Assembly (NCBI GenBank): GCA_046091385.1
Contig: JBJTBP010000025.1
Coordinates: 27,681 to 91,680 of the forward strand
DNA from: Solirubrobacterales bacterium
GTDB taxonomy: Bacteria; Actinomycetota; Thermoleophilia; Solirubrobacterales; 70-9
Direction: 5' to 3'
DNA: 64,000 bases
The notes under the pieces are model-generated. The model worked only from the letters and a program-made list of their open reading frames with translations, did not search any database and was not told the origin of the DNA. Below are positions 29,252-39,006 of this stretch, piece after piece. Numbering within the stretch: the stretch's first letter is position 1; each line of letters opens with the position of its first letter. The translations under genes were made by a program, and so were the position numbers.

Positions 29252-30196
29252 TCACTCCCCGTTCGGGTCGACCAGGGATCCGTAGGCGTCAGGCCTTCGG
29301 GTATCGAGGAAAGGAAAGAGCTCCAGCCAGTCGCTTCGCTGGTCGAGGTCGAGGTCCGCGACCAGCACGGCCGGCCGGTCCCGCGGTGCCTGGGCCAGAA
29401 CCCGCCCGTAAGGGTCCGAGATGAAAGACGATCCGTAAAAGGTCACCGGCCCCTCGGTGCCGATCCGGTTGATCGCCACCATGAAGGTCCCGTTGGCGAT
29501 CCCGTTCGCCACGATCACCTGCTGCCAGAGCGGCTCGGTGTCGAAGTCTGGGTGGTCCGGTTCGGAGCCGATCGCGGTCGGGTAGACGATCACCTCGGCG
29601 CCGGCTAGCGAGTAGGCACGGGCGAGTTCGGGAAACCACTGATCCCAGCAGGTAGGGAAGCCGACCTTTGCCTGCCCGACCCCGACCACAGGAAAGCCGG
29701 TATCGCCTGGCCTGAAGTAGGTGTCCTCGTGGTAGCCGGCGGTGACCGGGATGTGGAGCTTCCTGGTCCGGGCGATGACCTCGCCCTCCGGCGAGACGCA
29801 GATCGCGGTGTTGAAGCCGAGCTCCCCTTCCTCTGCCTCTTCGTAGAGCGAGGCGTGGAGGAAGACGTCGTTCTCCCGGGCGACCTCGATCGCGAAGGCC
29901 GAGGTGGGACCTCCAGGCAGCCCCTCGACGTAGCGGTCGCGCGATTCCCAGTCGTCCGGCTGGATCGCGAAGTACGGGGAGAGGGTCAGCTCCTGGAGGC
30001 AGACCAGCTCCGCTCCGGAGGCGGCCGCGGTCGCCACCCCCTCCGCCAGCCCGGCCCGGTGCAGGTCGGGGTCTGCATCCCAGGCCTTCTGCACGGCACC
30101 GACCCTGAATGGGGTCCGCTCCGGGTCCCGGGTCCGGGCCGGGGAGTCCGGTGTCGAGCCGATCGCCTCGACCAGCTCATACCCGACCCCGCTCAT
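29252..30196 (-). CDS. aguB: N-carbamoylputrescine amidase (carbon-nitrogen hydrolase family)
   Basis: The nitrilase-superfamily Glu/Lys/Cys contexts are VCLQELTL, RKLHIP and FPTCWDQWFPE. It has a 4-nt overlap with aguA upstream. Confidence 0.8.
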   Translation of the reverse strand: MSGVGYELVEAIGSTPDSPARTRDPERTPFRVGAVQKAWDADPDLHRAGLAEGVATAAASGAELVCLQELTLSPYFAIQPDDWESRDRYVEGLPGGPTSAFAIEVARENDVFLHASLYEEAEEGELGFNTAICVSPEGEVIARTRKLHIPVTAGYHEDTYFRPGDTGFPVVGVGQAKVGFPTCWDQWFPELARAYSLAGAEVIVYPTAIGSEPDHPDFDTEPLWQQVIVANGIANGTFMVAINRIGTEGPVTFYGSSFISDPYGRVLAQAPRDRPAVLVADLDLDQRSDWLELFPFLDTRRPDAYGSLVDPNGE

Positions 30197-31206
30197 GCCG
30201 CCTCTGCCGGGGATGCGACCGGAACCTGCTGGGTAATGCAGTGGAGTCCGCCGCCGCCGAGGGCGAGTGTCCGACCGTCCACCCCGACGATCTCCCGCCC
30301 GGGAAGGAGGCGGCCGAGCCGGGCAAGGGCCTCGGCATCCATGTCGGGGTCGTAACCGCCGACCGGGACGATCGCGGCCCCATTGGCCAGGTAGAAGTTC
30401 ATGTAAGGGACGACGACCGGCTCGCCGTCGCGCTCGATCCTCGGCAGCAGGTCGAGCTCCTCGACCGCGATCCCGGCCGCCTCCAGCCGGACGACGTTCT
30501 CCCGGCCGGACTCGTGGTTGGGGTCGTCTTCGGCTCCTACCGTCTGGACGACCGCCCGCCCCGGTCCGATGAAGGCAGCCACGTTGTCAACGTGGCCATC
30601 GGTGTCGAGGTCCTCGACCAGTCCCTGGCCGAGCCAGAGCACCTGATCGACCCCCAACTTCTCGCGGAGTTCATCCTCGATCCCCTCCCGCTCCATGCCG
30701 GGGTTCCGGGTCGGTGCGAGCAGGCACTGCTCTGTCGTCGCCAGGAGTCCGTCACCGTCCACCGTTATCGAGCCCCCCTCGAGGACCATCTCGCTGGGGA
30801 TCCTCTCGATGCCGAGGTGTTCGAGGATTCGCTCGGATACCGCTGCGTCATCGTCGTAAGGGGTGAAGGCCTCCCCCCAGGCGTTGAACCGGAAGTCCAC
30901 TCCGGCCCGCCTGCCGTCGTTGTCGACCACGAAGATCGGCCCGGAATCGCGGAGCCAGGAGTCGTCGATCGGGACCGGGAAGACCTCGACCCCGTCGGCG
31001 GTCACAGCCCGTCGGGCCGCCTCGGCCTGGTCGGGGTGGACGACCAGGAGGACCGGCTCGAATGCGGCGATCGCCCCTACCACCTCGGCATGGGAGCGCC
31101 GGGCCTCCTCGATCCCGGTTCCCCGCCAGGCCTCCTCCCGTTGGGGCCAGGCGGCGAGGGTCATCTCGTGGGGCTCCCACTCGGCGGGCATCCGGAACAT
31201 GACCAT
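30193..31206 (-). CDS. aguA: agmatine deiminase
   Basis: Motifs are MPAEWEPHEMTLAAWP, EGGSITVDG and the catalytic-Cys C-terminus GGGGLHCITQQVP. The start could be one of several Met codons in MVMFRM. Confidence 0.88.
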   Translation of the reverse strand: MVMFRMPAEWEPHEMTLAAWPQREEAWRGTGIEEARRSHAEVVGAIAAFEPVLLVVHPDQAEAARRAVTADGVEVFPVPIDDSWLRDSGPIFVVDNDGRRAGVDFRFNAWGEAFTPYDDDAAVSERILEHLGIERIPSEMVLEGGSITVDGDGLLATTEQCLLAPTRNPGMEREGIEDELREKLGVDQVLWLGQGLVEDLDTDGHVDNVAAFIGPGRAVVQTVGAEDDPNHESGRENVVRLEAAGIAVEELDLLPRIERDGEPVVVPYMNFYLANGAAIVPVGGYDPDMDAEALARLGRLLPGREIVGVDGRTLALGGGGLHCITQQVPVASPAEAA

Positions 31207-31276
31207 TGATCCTAAAGGTGGTCAACGATTGGGTGACCGGGCAGCTTCGCCCAGAGGGTTCCCGGAAAAAGTTACT

Positions 31277-31307
31277 CCTGGAAGCCCCCCCCCCCCGCAA
31301 ATCCAGG
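31277..31307 (-). terminator. hairpin CCTGGA-N19-TCCAGG whose loop holds the C12/G12 tract, followed on the minus strand by a U5 run after 6 nt; possible terminator of the tRNA-Ala transcript
   Basis: The minus strand reads CCUGGAuuugcGGGGGGGGGGGGcuUCCAGGaguaacUUUUUcc. The stem is only 6 bp and the U-run is offset, so support is weak. Confidence 0.25.
31285..31296. repeat. homopolymeric C12 (G12 on the coding strand of the neighbouring genes)
   Basis: Counted directly in gaagCCCCCCCCCCCCgcaa. It lies 79 nt upstream of the aguA start and 62 nt downstream of the tRNA-Ala 3' end. Confidence 0.95.
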
Positions 31308-31357
31308 CCGAGGGGAAAGAGTGGTACCGAATCGAGGAGGGATGGATCTAGAAGGGA

Positions 31358-31430
<73 letters not shown>

Positions 31431-31503
31431 TGGATGGGTCGCCTCCGAAGGAAGCGGTCTCCCGATTCTATCGGCGGAGGGTGACCGGGGCCGGGCCAGG
31501 CGG

Positions 31504-31914
31504 TCAGCCGGTGACGGCCTCCCCGTCGCCGCTACCACCAGCGGGGTCCGACTCGAACTCGATCCGGGGGGCCTCGTACCAGAGGTCCTCGAGGTCGTAC
31601 GTCCTGCGGGCGTCCCCGGTGAAGACGTGGAGTACGGCGTCGAGGTAATCGAGCACGGTCCAGTCGGTTTCCGGCTCCCTCGCCGGATTGATCGGCAGTA
31701 ACTCGTGGTCGCGCTTCATCGAGCGGTAGACCTCTTCGACGATTGCGGCGGCCTGTCGCTCGTTCCGGGCCGAGCAGATCACCAGGTAGTCGGTGTAGGA
31801 AACGAGGTCTCGCATGTCGAGCACGACTACGTCCGATGCCAGCTTCGACTCGGCAGCCAGGGCAAGGTCGGTCGCGAGTTCGGCCGAGGTTCCCCTCTCC
31901 GCCGCATCAGCCAC
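31504..31914 (-). CDS. rsfS: ribosome silencing factor RsfS (iojap family)
   Basis: 136 aa containing VVLDMRDLVSYTDYLVICSARNERQAAAIVEEV. It overlaps the nadD stop by 8 nt. Confidence 0.88.
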   Translation of the reverse strand: MADAAERGTSAELATDLALAAESKLASDVVVLDMRDLVSYTDYLVICSARNERQAAAIVEEVYRSMKRDHELLPINPAREPETDWTVLDYLDAVLHVFTGDARRTYDLEDLWYEAPRIEFESDPAGGSGDGEAVTG

Positions 31915-32527
31915 GGTAGTAACCCTCCTCCCGAATCAGGGCGGAAACCCTTTGGGGAACGAGCTGCTCGAACGGGCTGTCGGACTCGATCCGCTCCCGG
32001 ATCAGGGTCGCGGTGATGTCCACCCGCGGCATCTCGAAAAAGGTGATCCGTGCATCGGGCGCTATCCCCCTGACCACTCCTTCTACCTCTTCCGCCTCGA
32101 TCCCCGACCTCGGTGCAACCGCCACCTCGACCAGTTCGAGGAGCGCCTCTACCCGCTCCCACCCCGGGAGACCCATCGCAGCATCGGCCCCGAGCAGTAA
32201 CACCGGGTCGGTGCCGGCCCGATCGGCGACCAGAGTCTCGACCGTGTCCGCCGTGTAGGTGGGGCCAGGGCGTTCGATCTCCACGGGAAGTACCTCGCAG
32301 CCCGGCTCGTCCTGGAAGGCAAGCCGGGCCATCTCCAGCCTTGCCTCCCGGCCGGGGTCGAGGCCCCCGTCCTTGTGGTACGGATCACCGGTCGGCACCA
32401 CCATGACCCGGTCGAGTCCCAGTCGCCACCTCCCCTCGGCGACCACCAGGACGTGCCCCAGGTGAGGCGGGTTGAAGGCGGAGCCGAAGATCCCGACCCG
32501 ACCTGCCCGACCTTCCGATTCAGCCAC
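31907..32527 (-). CDS. nadD: nicotinate-nucleotide adenylyltransferase
   Basis: The motif is RVGIFGSAFNPPHLGH. I take the start at GTG 32527 (VAESEGRAG), overlapping the proA stop as GTGGCTGA. The track extension lies inside proA. Confidence 0.88.
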   Translation of the reverse strand: MAESEGRAGRVGIFGSAFNPPHLGHVLVVAEGRWRLGLDRVMVVPTGDPYHKDGGLDPGREARLEMARLAFQDEPGCEVLPVEIERPGPTYTADTVETLVADRAGTDPVLLLGADAAMGLPGWERVEALLELVEVAVAPRSGIEAEEVEGVVRGIAPDARITFFEMPRVDITATLIRERIESDSPFEQLVPQRVSALIREEGYYRG

Positions 32528-33785
32528 GTACCTGGCCTTCTCCCCGGACCACGTACTTGTAGGTAGTGAGCTCCCGCAGGCCGATCGGCCCCCGGGCGTG
32601 GAGCTTCTGGGTCGAGTTCCCGATCTCGGCCCCCATCCCGTACTCGAAACCGTCGGTGAACCGGGTCGAGGCATTTACGTAGACCGCGGCCGCATCGACC
32701 TCCTGGGCAAACCTCTCGGCGGCGCCCTCGGACTGGGTAACGATCGCCTCGGAGTGGCCGCTGCCGTGGGCGTTCACATGCTCGATCGCTGCGTCGAGGT
32801 CATCGACCACGCCGACCGCGAGCTTCAGGTCCAGGAACTCGGTATCCCAGTCCGCCTCGCTCGCCGCCCCGACTTCGGTCCCGTCGGAGAGCTCGACCGT
32901 TTCGGCATCCCCGAGCAGCTCTACACCCTCCCCCGCCAGGTCGTTCAGGGCGAGCGGCAGGAACTCCGGGGCGATCGCCCGGTCGATCAGGAGCGTCTCG
33001 GCGGCGTTGCAGACACCGGGCCGGTTCACCTTGGCGTTGACCGCGATCGCCCGGGCCATCCCGAGGTCGGCATCCTCGTGGACATATACGTGGCAGTTGC
33101 CCGAGGCGGCATAGATCACCGGGACCGTGGCGACCTCCTTGAGGGCCTGCTTGAGACCCTCACCTCCCCTCGGAATGAGCAGGTCAACCTCATCTTCCCG
33201 GGTGGCAAGCTCGGCCAGGGCGTCGCGACCGCCCCCGGAGGCGAGGACAACGGCATCTTCCGGAAGGCCAGCCGAAGCCAGGGCATCCCGAACGACCTCC
33301 GCGAGGGCCGAGTTGGTCCGCTCGGCATAGGAGGAGCCGCGAAGCACCAGGGCATTACCGCTCTTGATCGTCAGCGCCGAGCAGTCGATCGTCACATTGG
33401 GCCTCGCCTCATAGACGACGGCCACCACCCCGAGGGGAACCCGTACCTTCTCCAGCCTCAGCCCGTTCAAAAGCGTCTTCTCCTCGAGCACCTCCCCGAG
33501 CGGATCGTCGAGGTCGCGGACCTGCTCGGCCCCCACCGCCATCGCCTCGATCCTCTCCTCATCCAGGGAGAGACGGTCCCTGAGGGCCGGGGAAAGCTCG
33601 CGAGCCCGCTCGTCGTCGAGGTCGGCCCGATTCGCCTCCAGCACCTCTCCGGTCCGCTCCCGTAGACCGGAAGCGATCGCCGTCAGGGCCCGATCGCGTT
33701 TCCCGGCAGGGGCCGCGGCGAGCAGGCGCGAGGCAGCGGAGGCCTCGCGGCAAAGGGTTCCGATATCTGCGGAAGCGGCTTCCAC
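32520..33785 (-). CDS. proA: gamma-glutamyl phosphate reductase
   Basis: 421 aa of the aldehyde dehydrogenase fold, with the catalytic Cys context NRPGVCNAAETLLI. Confidence 0.93.
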   Translation of the reverse strand: MEAASADIGTLCREASAASRLLAAAPAGKRDRALTAIASGLRERTGEVLEANRADLDDERARELSPALRDRLSLDEERIEAMAVGAEQVRDLDDPLGEVLEEKTLLNGLRLEKVRVPLGVVAVVYEARPNVTIDCSALTIKSGNALVLRGSSYAERTNSALAEVVRDALASAGLPEDAVVLASGGGRDALAELATREDEVDLLIPRGGEGLKQALKEVATVPVIYAASGNCHVYVHEDADLGMARAIAVNAKVNRPGVCNAAETLLIDRAIAPEFLPLALNDLAGEGVELLGDAETVELSDGTEVGAASEADWDTEFLDLKLAVGVVDDLDAAIEHVNAHGSGHSEAIVTQSEGAAERFAQEVDAAAVYVNASTRFTDGFEYGMGAEIGNSTQKLHARGPIGLRELTTYKYVVRGEGQVRG

Positions 33786-33824
33786 AGGCCAATCCTAGTC
33801 CTAAGGGCCGGCTCGGCCCCAGGG

Positions 33825-34913
33825 TCAGGCCAGGACGAACTTGTCCCGGTGGATCACTTCCTCGGGGCCGTCGGGGATCGCTTCGCGAACCTCGCCGCTC
33901 TGCATCCCACCGATCCTCTCGACCTCGACCGAGGAGAAATTGACTATCCCCTTGCCGACCGTGGCTCCGTCGGAGCGAACCTCGACCGCATCACCGGCCT
34001 CGAACTCACCCTCGACCCCGGTCACCCCGACTGCGAGGAGGCTCGATCCGGTCTCCCTGAGAACCCGGGCAGCGCCATCGTCGACCAGCAGGCTGCCGCT
34101 GGCGGGCTTGGCATAGAGCAGCCACAGCTTGAAGCCTGACTCGGGCTGGGAGGCGGCCGGGAAACGGGTCCCGACCTCTCCCCCGGCCACCGCCGAGGCG
34201 AGCGTCCCGTCGGACGTTCCGTCGCAGATCTTTACCTCGACCCCGGCCCTGGTCGCCATCTCCGCTGCGGCGACCTTGCTCCTCATCCCGCCGCTGCCAA
34301 AAACCGAGGTCCGGTCACCGATTTCCATACGGCCTAGCTCAGCGAAGTCCCCGACCTCCCGAACCGGCTCGGCCGCGGGATCCGATCCCGGGTCTGACGT
34401 GTAAAGCCCATCCACGTCGGTCAGGAGGACCAGCAGGCGGGCGTCGAGCATGATCGCCACCTGGGCGGCGAGGAAGTCGTTGTCACCGAAGGTGATCTCG
34501 TCGGTCGCGGTGGTGTCGTTCTCGTTGACCACGGGCACTACGCCCCACTCGAGCAGCCGCCGCAGGGTCTGCCGCGCATTCAGGTAACTGGCCCGGTTGG
34601 CCACGTCGCCCGCAGTTAGCAGGACCTGGGCCGCGGCCAGCCCTCCCCGGCGGAGCCGATCCCCGTACTCGTTGAACAGTGGACCCTGTCCGACCGCCGA
34701 GGCGGCCTGCAGCTCATCGATCGCCCGCGGCCGGGCCTCCATCCCCATCCGGGTTATCCCCATGGCGATCGAGCCGGAAGTGACCAGGACCAGGGGCTCC
34801 CCATCGGTCGCCAGGCCGGCAGCCTGGGCACAGACCGAGTCGAGGACGTCGCTCCTCACTCCTCCCCGGTCGTCAGCGACGATCGAGGATCCGAGTTTCA
34901 CCACCAGGGTCAT
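33825..34913 (-). CDS. proB: glutamate 5-kinase with C-terminal PUA domain
   Basis: The N-terminus is LVVKLGSSIVADDRGG, the amino-acid kinase region contains NENDTTATDEITFGDNDFLAA, and the C-terminal part is PUA-like. Confidence 0.93.
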   Translation of the reverse strand: MTLVVKLGSSIVADDRGGVRSDVLDSVCAQAAGLATDGEPLVLVTSGSIAMGITRMGMEARPRAIDELQAASAVGQGPLFNEYGDRLRRGGLAAAQVLLTAGDVANRASYLNARQTLRRLLEWGVVPVVNENDTTATDEITFGDNDFLAAQVAIMLDARLLVLLTDVDGLYTSDPGSDPAAEPVREVGDFAELGRMEIGDRTSVFGSGGMRSKVAAAEMATRAGVEVKICDGTSDGTLASAVAGGEVGTRFPAASQPESGFKLWLLYAKPASGSLLVDDGAARVLRETGSSLLAVGVTGVEGEFEAGDAVEVRSDGATVGKGIVNFSSVEVERIGGMQSGEVREAIPDGPEEVIHRDKFVLA

Positions 34914-34955
34914 CGAGCGGCCAGAGTAGATGATCGGGCCGGGGATCCCGGTCGC

Positions 34956-36314
<1,359 letters not shown>

Positions 36315-36578
36315 TCAGTCCGAGCCGTCGGCCGGGACGACCGAAATCGTCCGGCCCTTTCGGCCGGGCGAGAACTCAACGGTTCCGGCGCGAGTGGCAA
36401 AGATCGTGTGGTCGCGTCCGAGGCCGGTTCCATCACCGGGCCAGAAGCGGGTACCGCGCTGACGGACGATGATCTCGCCGCCGTTCACGGTCTGGCCTGC
36501 GAACACCTTGACCCCGAGCATCTTCGGGTTCGAGTCGCGGCCGTTCCTGGAGGAACCGAGTCCCTTCTTGTGTGCCAT
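36315..36578 (-). CDS. rpmA: 50S ribosomal protein L27
   Basis: The protein reads [48 protein letters not shown]. The start is ATG 36578; the track extension is an out-of-frame reading of the rplU tail repeats. Confidence 0.93.
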   Translation of the reverse strand: MAHKKGLGSSRNGRDSNPKMLGVKVFAGQTVNGGEIIVRQRGTRFWPGDGTGLGRDHTIFATRAGTVEFSPGRKGRTISVVPADGSD

Positions 36579-36582
36579 CTCG

Positions 36583-37095
36583 CTACTGCTCCTTCTTGGT
36601 GGTCGAGGACTTCGGCTTGGCCGCGGTGGTCGACTTCTTGGTAGCTGGCTTCTTCGCGGCCGGCTTCTTGGCCGCAGGCTTCTTCGCGGCCGGCTTCTTG
36701 GCCGGGGTGGTCGTCTTCTTTGCGGCCGGCTTCTTCGCGGGGGCCGCCTTCTTGGTCGCGGCAGGTTTCGAACTCGCTGCTCCGCCACCGGTGGCACCGA
36801 CCGAAACGACTTCGAGCCGGGTCAGTTCGGCGCGGTGGCCGGCCCTTCGGCTGTAGCCCTTCTTCGCCTTGTACTTGAAGACCCTGATCTTCTCGCCACG
36901 AAGGTGGCCGGTCACCTTGGCCTCGACCTTCGCCTTGGAAAGGGCAGCAGGATCGACGACCACGTCCTTGTCGCGAAGCATCACCGGGCGAAGCGAAACC
37001 TTCTCGCCCTCCTTTGCCTGCAGGCGGTCGACCTCGATCACCGAGCCCTTCTCGACCCTGTACTGCCTTCCACCACTTTCGATCACTGCGTACAT
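36583..37095 (-). CDS. rplU: 50S ribosomal protein L21 with ~70-aa Lys/Ala/Pro-rich C-terminal extension
   Basis: The core reads [25 protein letters not shown]...[28 protein letters not shown]. The tail reads ...[45 protein letters not shown].... There is a strong SD (AGGAGG) 5 nt upstream of the ATG. Confidence 0.9.
   Translation of the reverse strand: MYAVIESGGRQYRVEKGSVIEVDRLQAKEGEKVSLRPVMLRDKDVVVDPAALSKAKVEAKVTGHLRGEKIRVFKYKAKKGYSRRAGHRAELTRLEVVSVGATGGGAASSKPAATKKAAPAKKPAAKKTTTPAKKPAAKKPAAKKPAAKKPATKKSTTAAKPKSSTTKKEQ
36586..36795 (-). repeat. in-frame tandem ~15-nt repeats encoding (P-A-A-K-K)n in the rplU 3' region
   Basis: Read directly: repeated ggccggcttcttcgc / ggccgcaggcttctt units on the plus strand. 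The periodicity matches the pentapeptide PAAKK. Confidence 0.85.
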
Positions 37096-37185
37096 CCAAC
37101 CCTCCTGGGTGTGCCTTCGTCCGTAACCGGATCCGGAAGCGAGACCATTGCCCCGGCCCGGACAGGAGCCGAGGCAGTCTAGCGA

Positions 37186-38970
37186 CTACCCACCCGATCC
37201 CCCGGCGTCGGCTCCGACCGCGGTCACGTCCCTGCCGGACCCGTCGTCCTCCCCATCGGAATCCCCGAGCAGGGTCGCCTCGGCCGAGGCCCGGTCGACG
37301 GCCTCGATTCGGACCATCTTGCGCTGGCCGACCATCCCGGCCGCCCCTTCGACGCTGACGATGTAGGAATCGATCCGGGCGACTCCGGCCCCCTTGCTGA
37401 ACATATGGGGCTCTTCGATCGTCACCAGGACCTCGTCCCCTGGGCTGAATGGCAGGGCTCGCGCCTCGAGCTCCTCCCGGCCGCCGGTCTCGATCAGCTC
37501 GAAGTTGTCGATCGCCAGGGCGTCGCCACCCTCGAACAGGAACCGCTTGCCGGTCTCTTCCTCGAGCACGGCGAGACCGCTGTCCTCGGTGTTCAGCAGT
37601 GCGGCCACCTTTGGGTGGACCCTGAGCAGGAAGGCCCCCGCCTCGGACTTCTCGGCGGCGAACTCCTTCATCTTCCTCAGGCCGTCTAGCGCGACCGTCT
37701 CGGCGGAGAGCACGACCCCGTCCCCGTCACAGGTGGGACATGTGGTCGTCAGGATTTCCCTGACCCCGTCGGTGATGTTCTGCCTGGTCATCTCGACCAG
37801 CCCGAGCGGTGAGATCTCGACCAGGTAGCTCTTGCTCTTGTCGGTCTCGAGGGCCTTCCGCAGGGTTCCGAGGATCCTCTCGCGGTTCTTGGCACGGGCC
37901 ATGTCGATGAAGTCGATGACGATGATCCCGCCGATGTCGCGAAGCCTCAACTGGCGCACGACCTCCTCGGCCGCTTCGTTATTGACCTTGGTGATCGTCT
38001 CCTCGAGTCCGCCCTTGCCCCGACCCGTGAAGGAACCGGAGTTGACGTCGATCACGGTGAGGGCCTCGGTGTAATCGATGATCAGGTACCCGCCCGAAGG
38101 CAGATCTATCCGCCGTCCGAGGGTCGACTGGATCGCTTCGTCGATCTCGTACTTCTCGAAGAGGGGCTTCGATCCCTCGTAGAGCTCGACCTTCTCGACC
38201 AGTTCCGGTGCGGTCCGCTGGAAGAAGCCGGTCACCCGGTCGAACTGCTTCTGGTCATCGATCACGGCCTTGTCGAACTCGTTGAGGAAGACGTCCCTCA
38301 GGACGCGGACCGGAAGGTCCTGCTCCTGGAAGACCAGCGACGGGGCCTTGAGGCCGGACTGGCGCTTCTCGAGCACCTCGTTGAGCCTGTGCAGGTAGGC
38401 GATCTCCCGGACGAAGTCCTCCTTCTTCGCCCCGTGGGCGGCAGTCCTGACGATCAGGCCCCCGGGGCCCTCGTAGGTTCGCTTGACCATCCGACGAAGG
38501 CGTTCCCGCTCGCTGTCGGAGAGCCGTCGGCTCACCCCCACCCCGGACCCGGCCGAGGCGTAGACCAGATAGCGACCGGCGATGCTGACGTTCATGGTCA
38601 GCCTCGCCCCCTTCGACTTGATCGGGTCCTTGTTTACCTGGACCAGGATCTCCTGGCCGGGCTTGATCAGCTCATTGATCCGCCGCCCCTTGCCACGACC
38701 GCGCCGGGGCGCTGCCTGGCCGTCGGGCAGGAGGATCTCGTCGACGTGAAGGAAGCCGTTTCGTTCGAGGCCGATGTCGACGAAGGCGGCCTCCATTCCG
38801 GGAAGGACGTTGTCGACCTTCCCGAGGTAGATGTTTCCGACGAGCGAGCGCCCGCCCCTCCTCTCGATGTAGACCTCGGCGACCTCTCTCTTCGAGCGGG
38901 CCGTCTTGGCTTCGAGTACGGCCACCCGGGTTTCCCCGGCATCAGCCGAAACAACGATTGTCTTTTTCAT
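37186..38970 (-). CDS. RNase E/G family ribonuclease (S1 domain + catalytic core) with TRAM-like C-terminal domain
   Basis: The S1 region is GNIYLGKVDNVLPGMEAAFVDIG and the catalytic core is LIIDYTEALTVIDVNSG...GGIIVIDFIDM. The zinc link is CPTCDGDG. The C-terminus GDEVLVTIEEPHMFSKGAGVARIDSYIVSVEGAAGMVGQRKMVRIEAV resembles TRAM. Confidence 0.88.
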   Translation of the reverse strand: MKKTIVVSADAGETRVAVLEAKTARSKREVAEVYIERRGGRSLVGNIYLGKVDNVLPGMEAAFVDIGLERNGFLHVDEILLPDGQAAPRRGRGKGRRINELIKPGQEILVQVNKDPIKSKGARLTMNVSIAGRYLVYASAGSGVGVSRRLSDSERERLRRMVKRTYEGPGGLIVRTAAHGAKKEDFVREIAYLHRLNEVLEKRQSGLKAPSLVFQEQDLPVRVLRDVFLNEFDKAVIDDQKQFDRVTGFFQRTAPELVEKVELYEGSKPLFEKYEIDEAIQSTLGRRIDLPSGGYLIIDYTEALTVIDVNSGSFTGRGKGGLEETITKVNNEAAEEVVRQLRLRDIGGIIVIDFIDMARAKNRERILGTLRKALETDKSKSYLVEISPLGLVEMTRQNITDGVREILTTTCPTCDGDGVVLSAETVALDGLRKMKEFAAEKSEAGAFLLRVHPKVAALLNTEDSGLAVLEEETGKRFLFEGGDALAIDNFELIETGGREELEARALPFSPGDEVLVTIEEPHMFSKGAGVARIDSYIVSVEGAAGMVGQRKMVRIEAVDRASAEATLLGDSDGEDDGSGRDVTAVGADAGGSGG

Positions 38971-39006
38971 GTCGGTCTTTCGTTCAGATTGGTTGACGTG
39001 GGACGG

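Noticed and set aside
36600-36790. Regular ~15-nt DNA periodicity that could be mistaken for a repeat array or CRISPR
   Set aside because: The repeats are contiguous with no spacers. They are in frame and encode the PAAKK repeats of the L21 tail.
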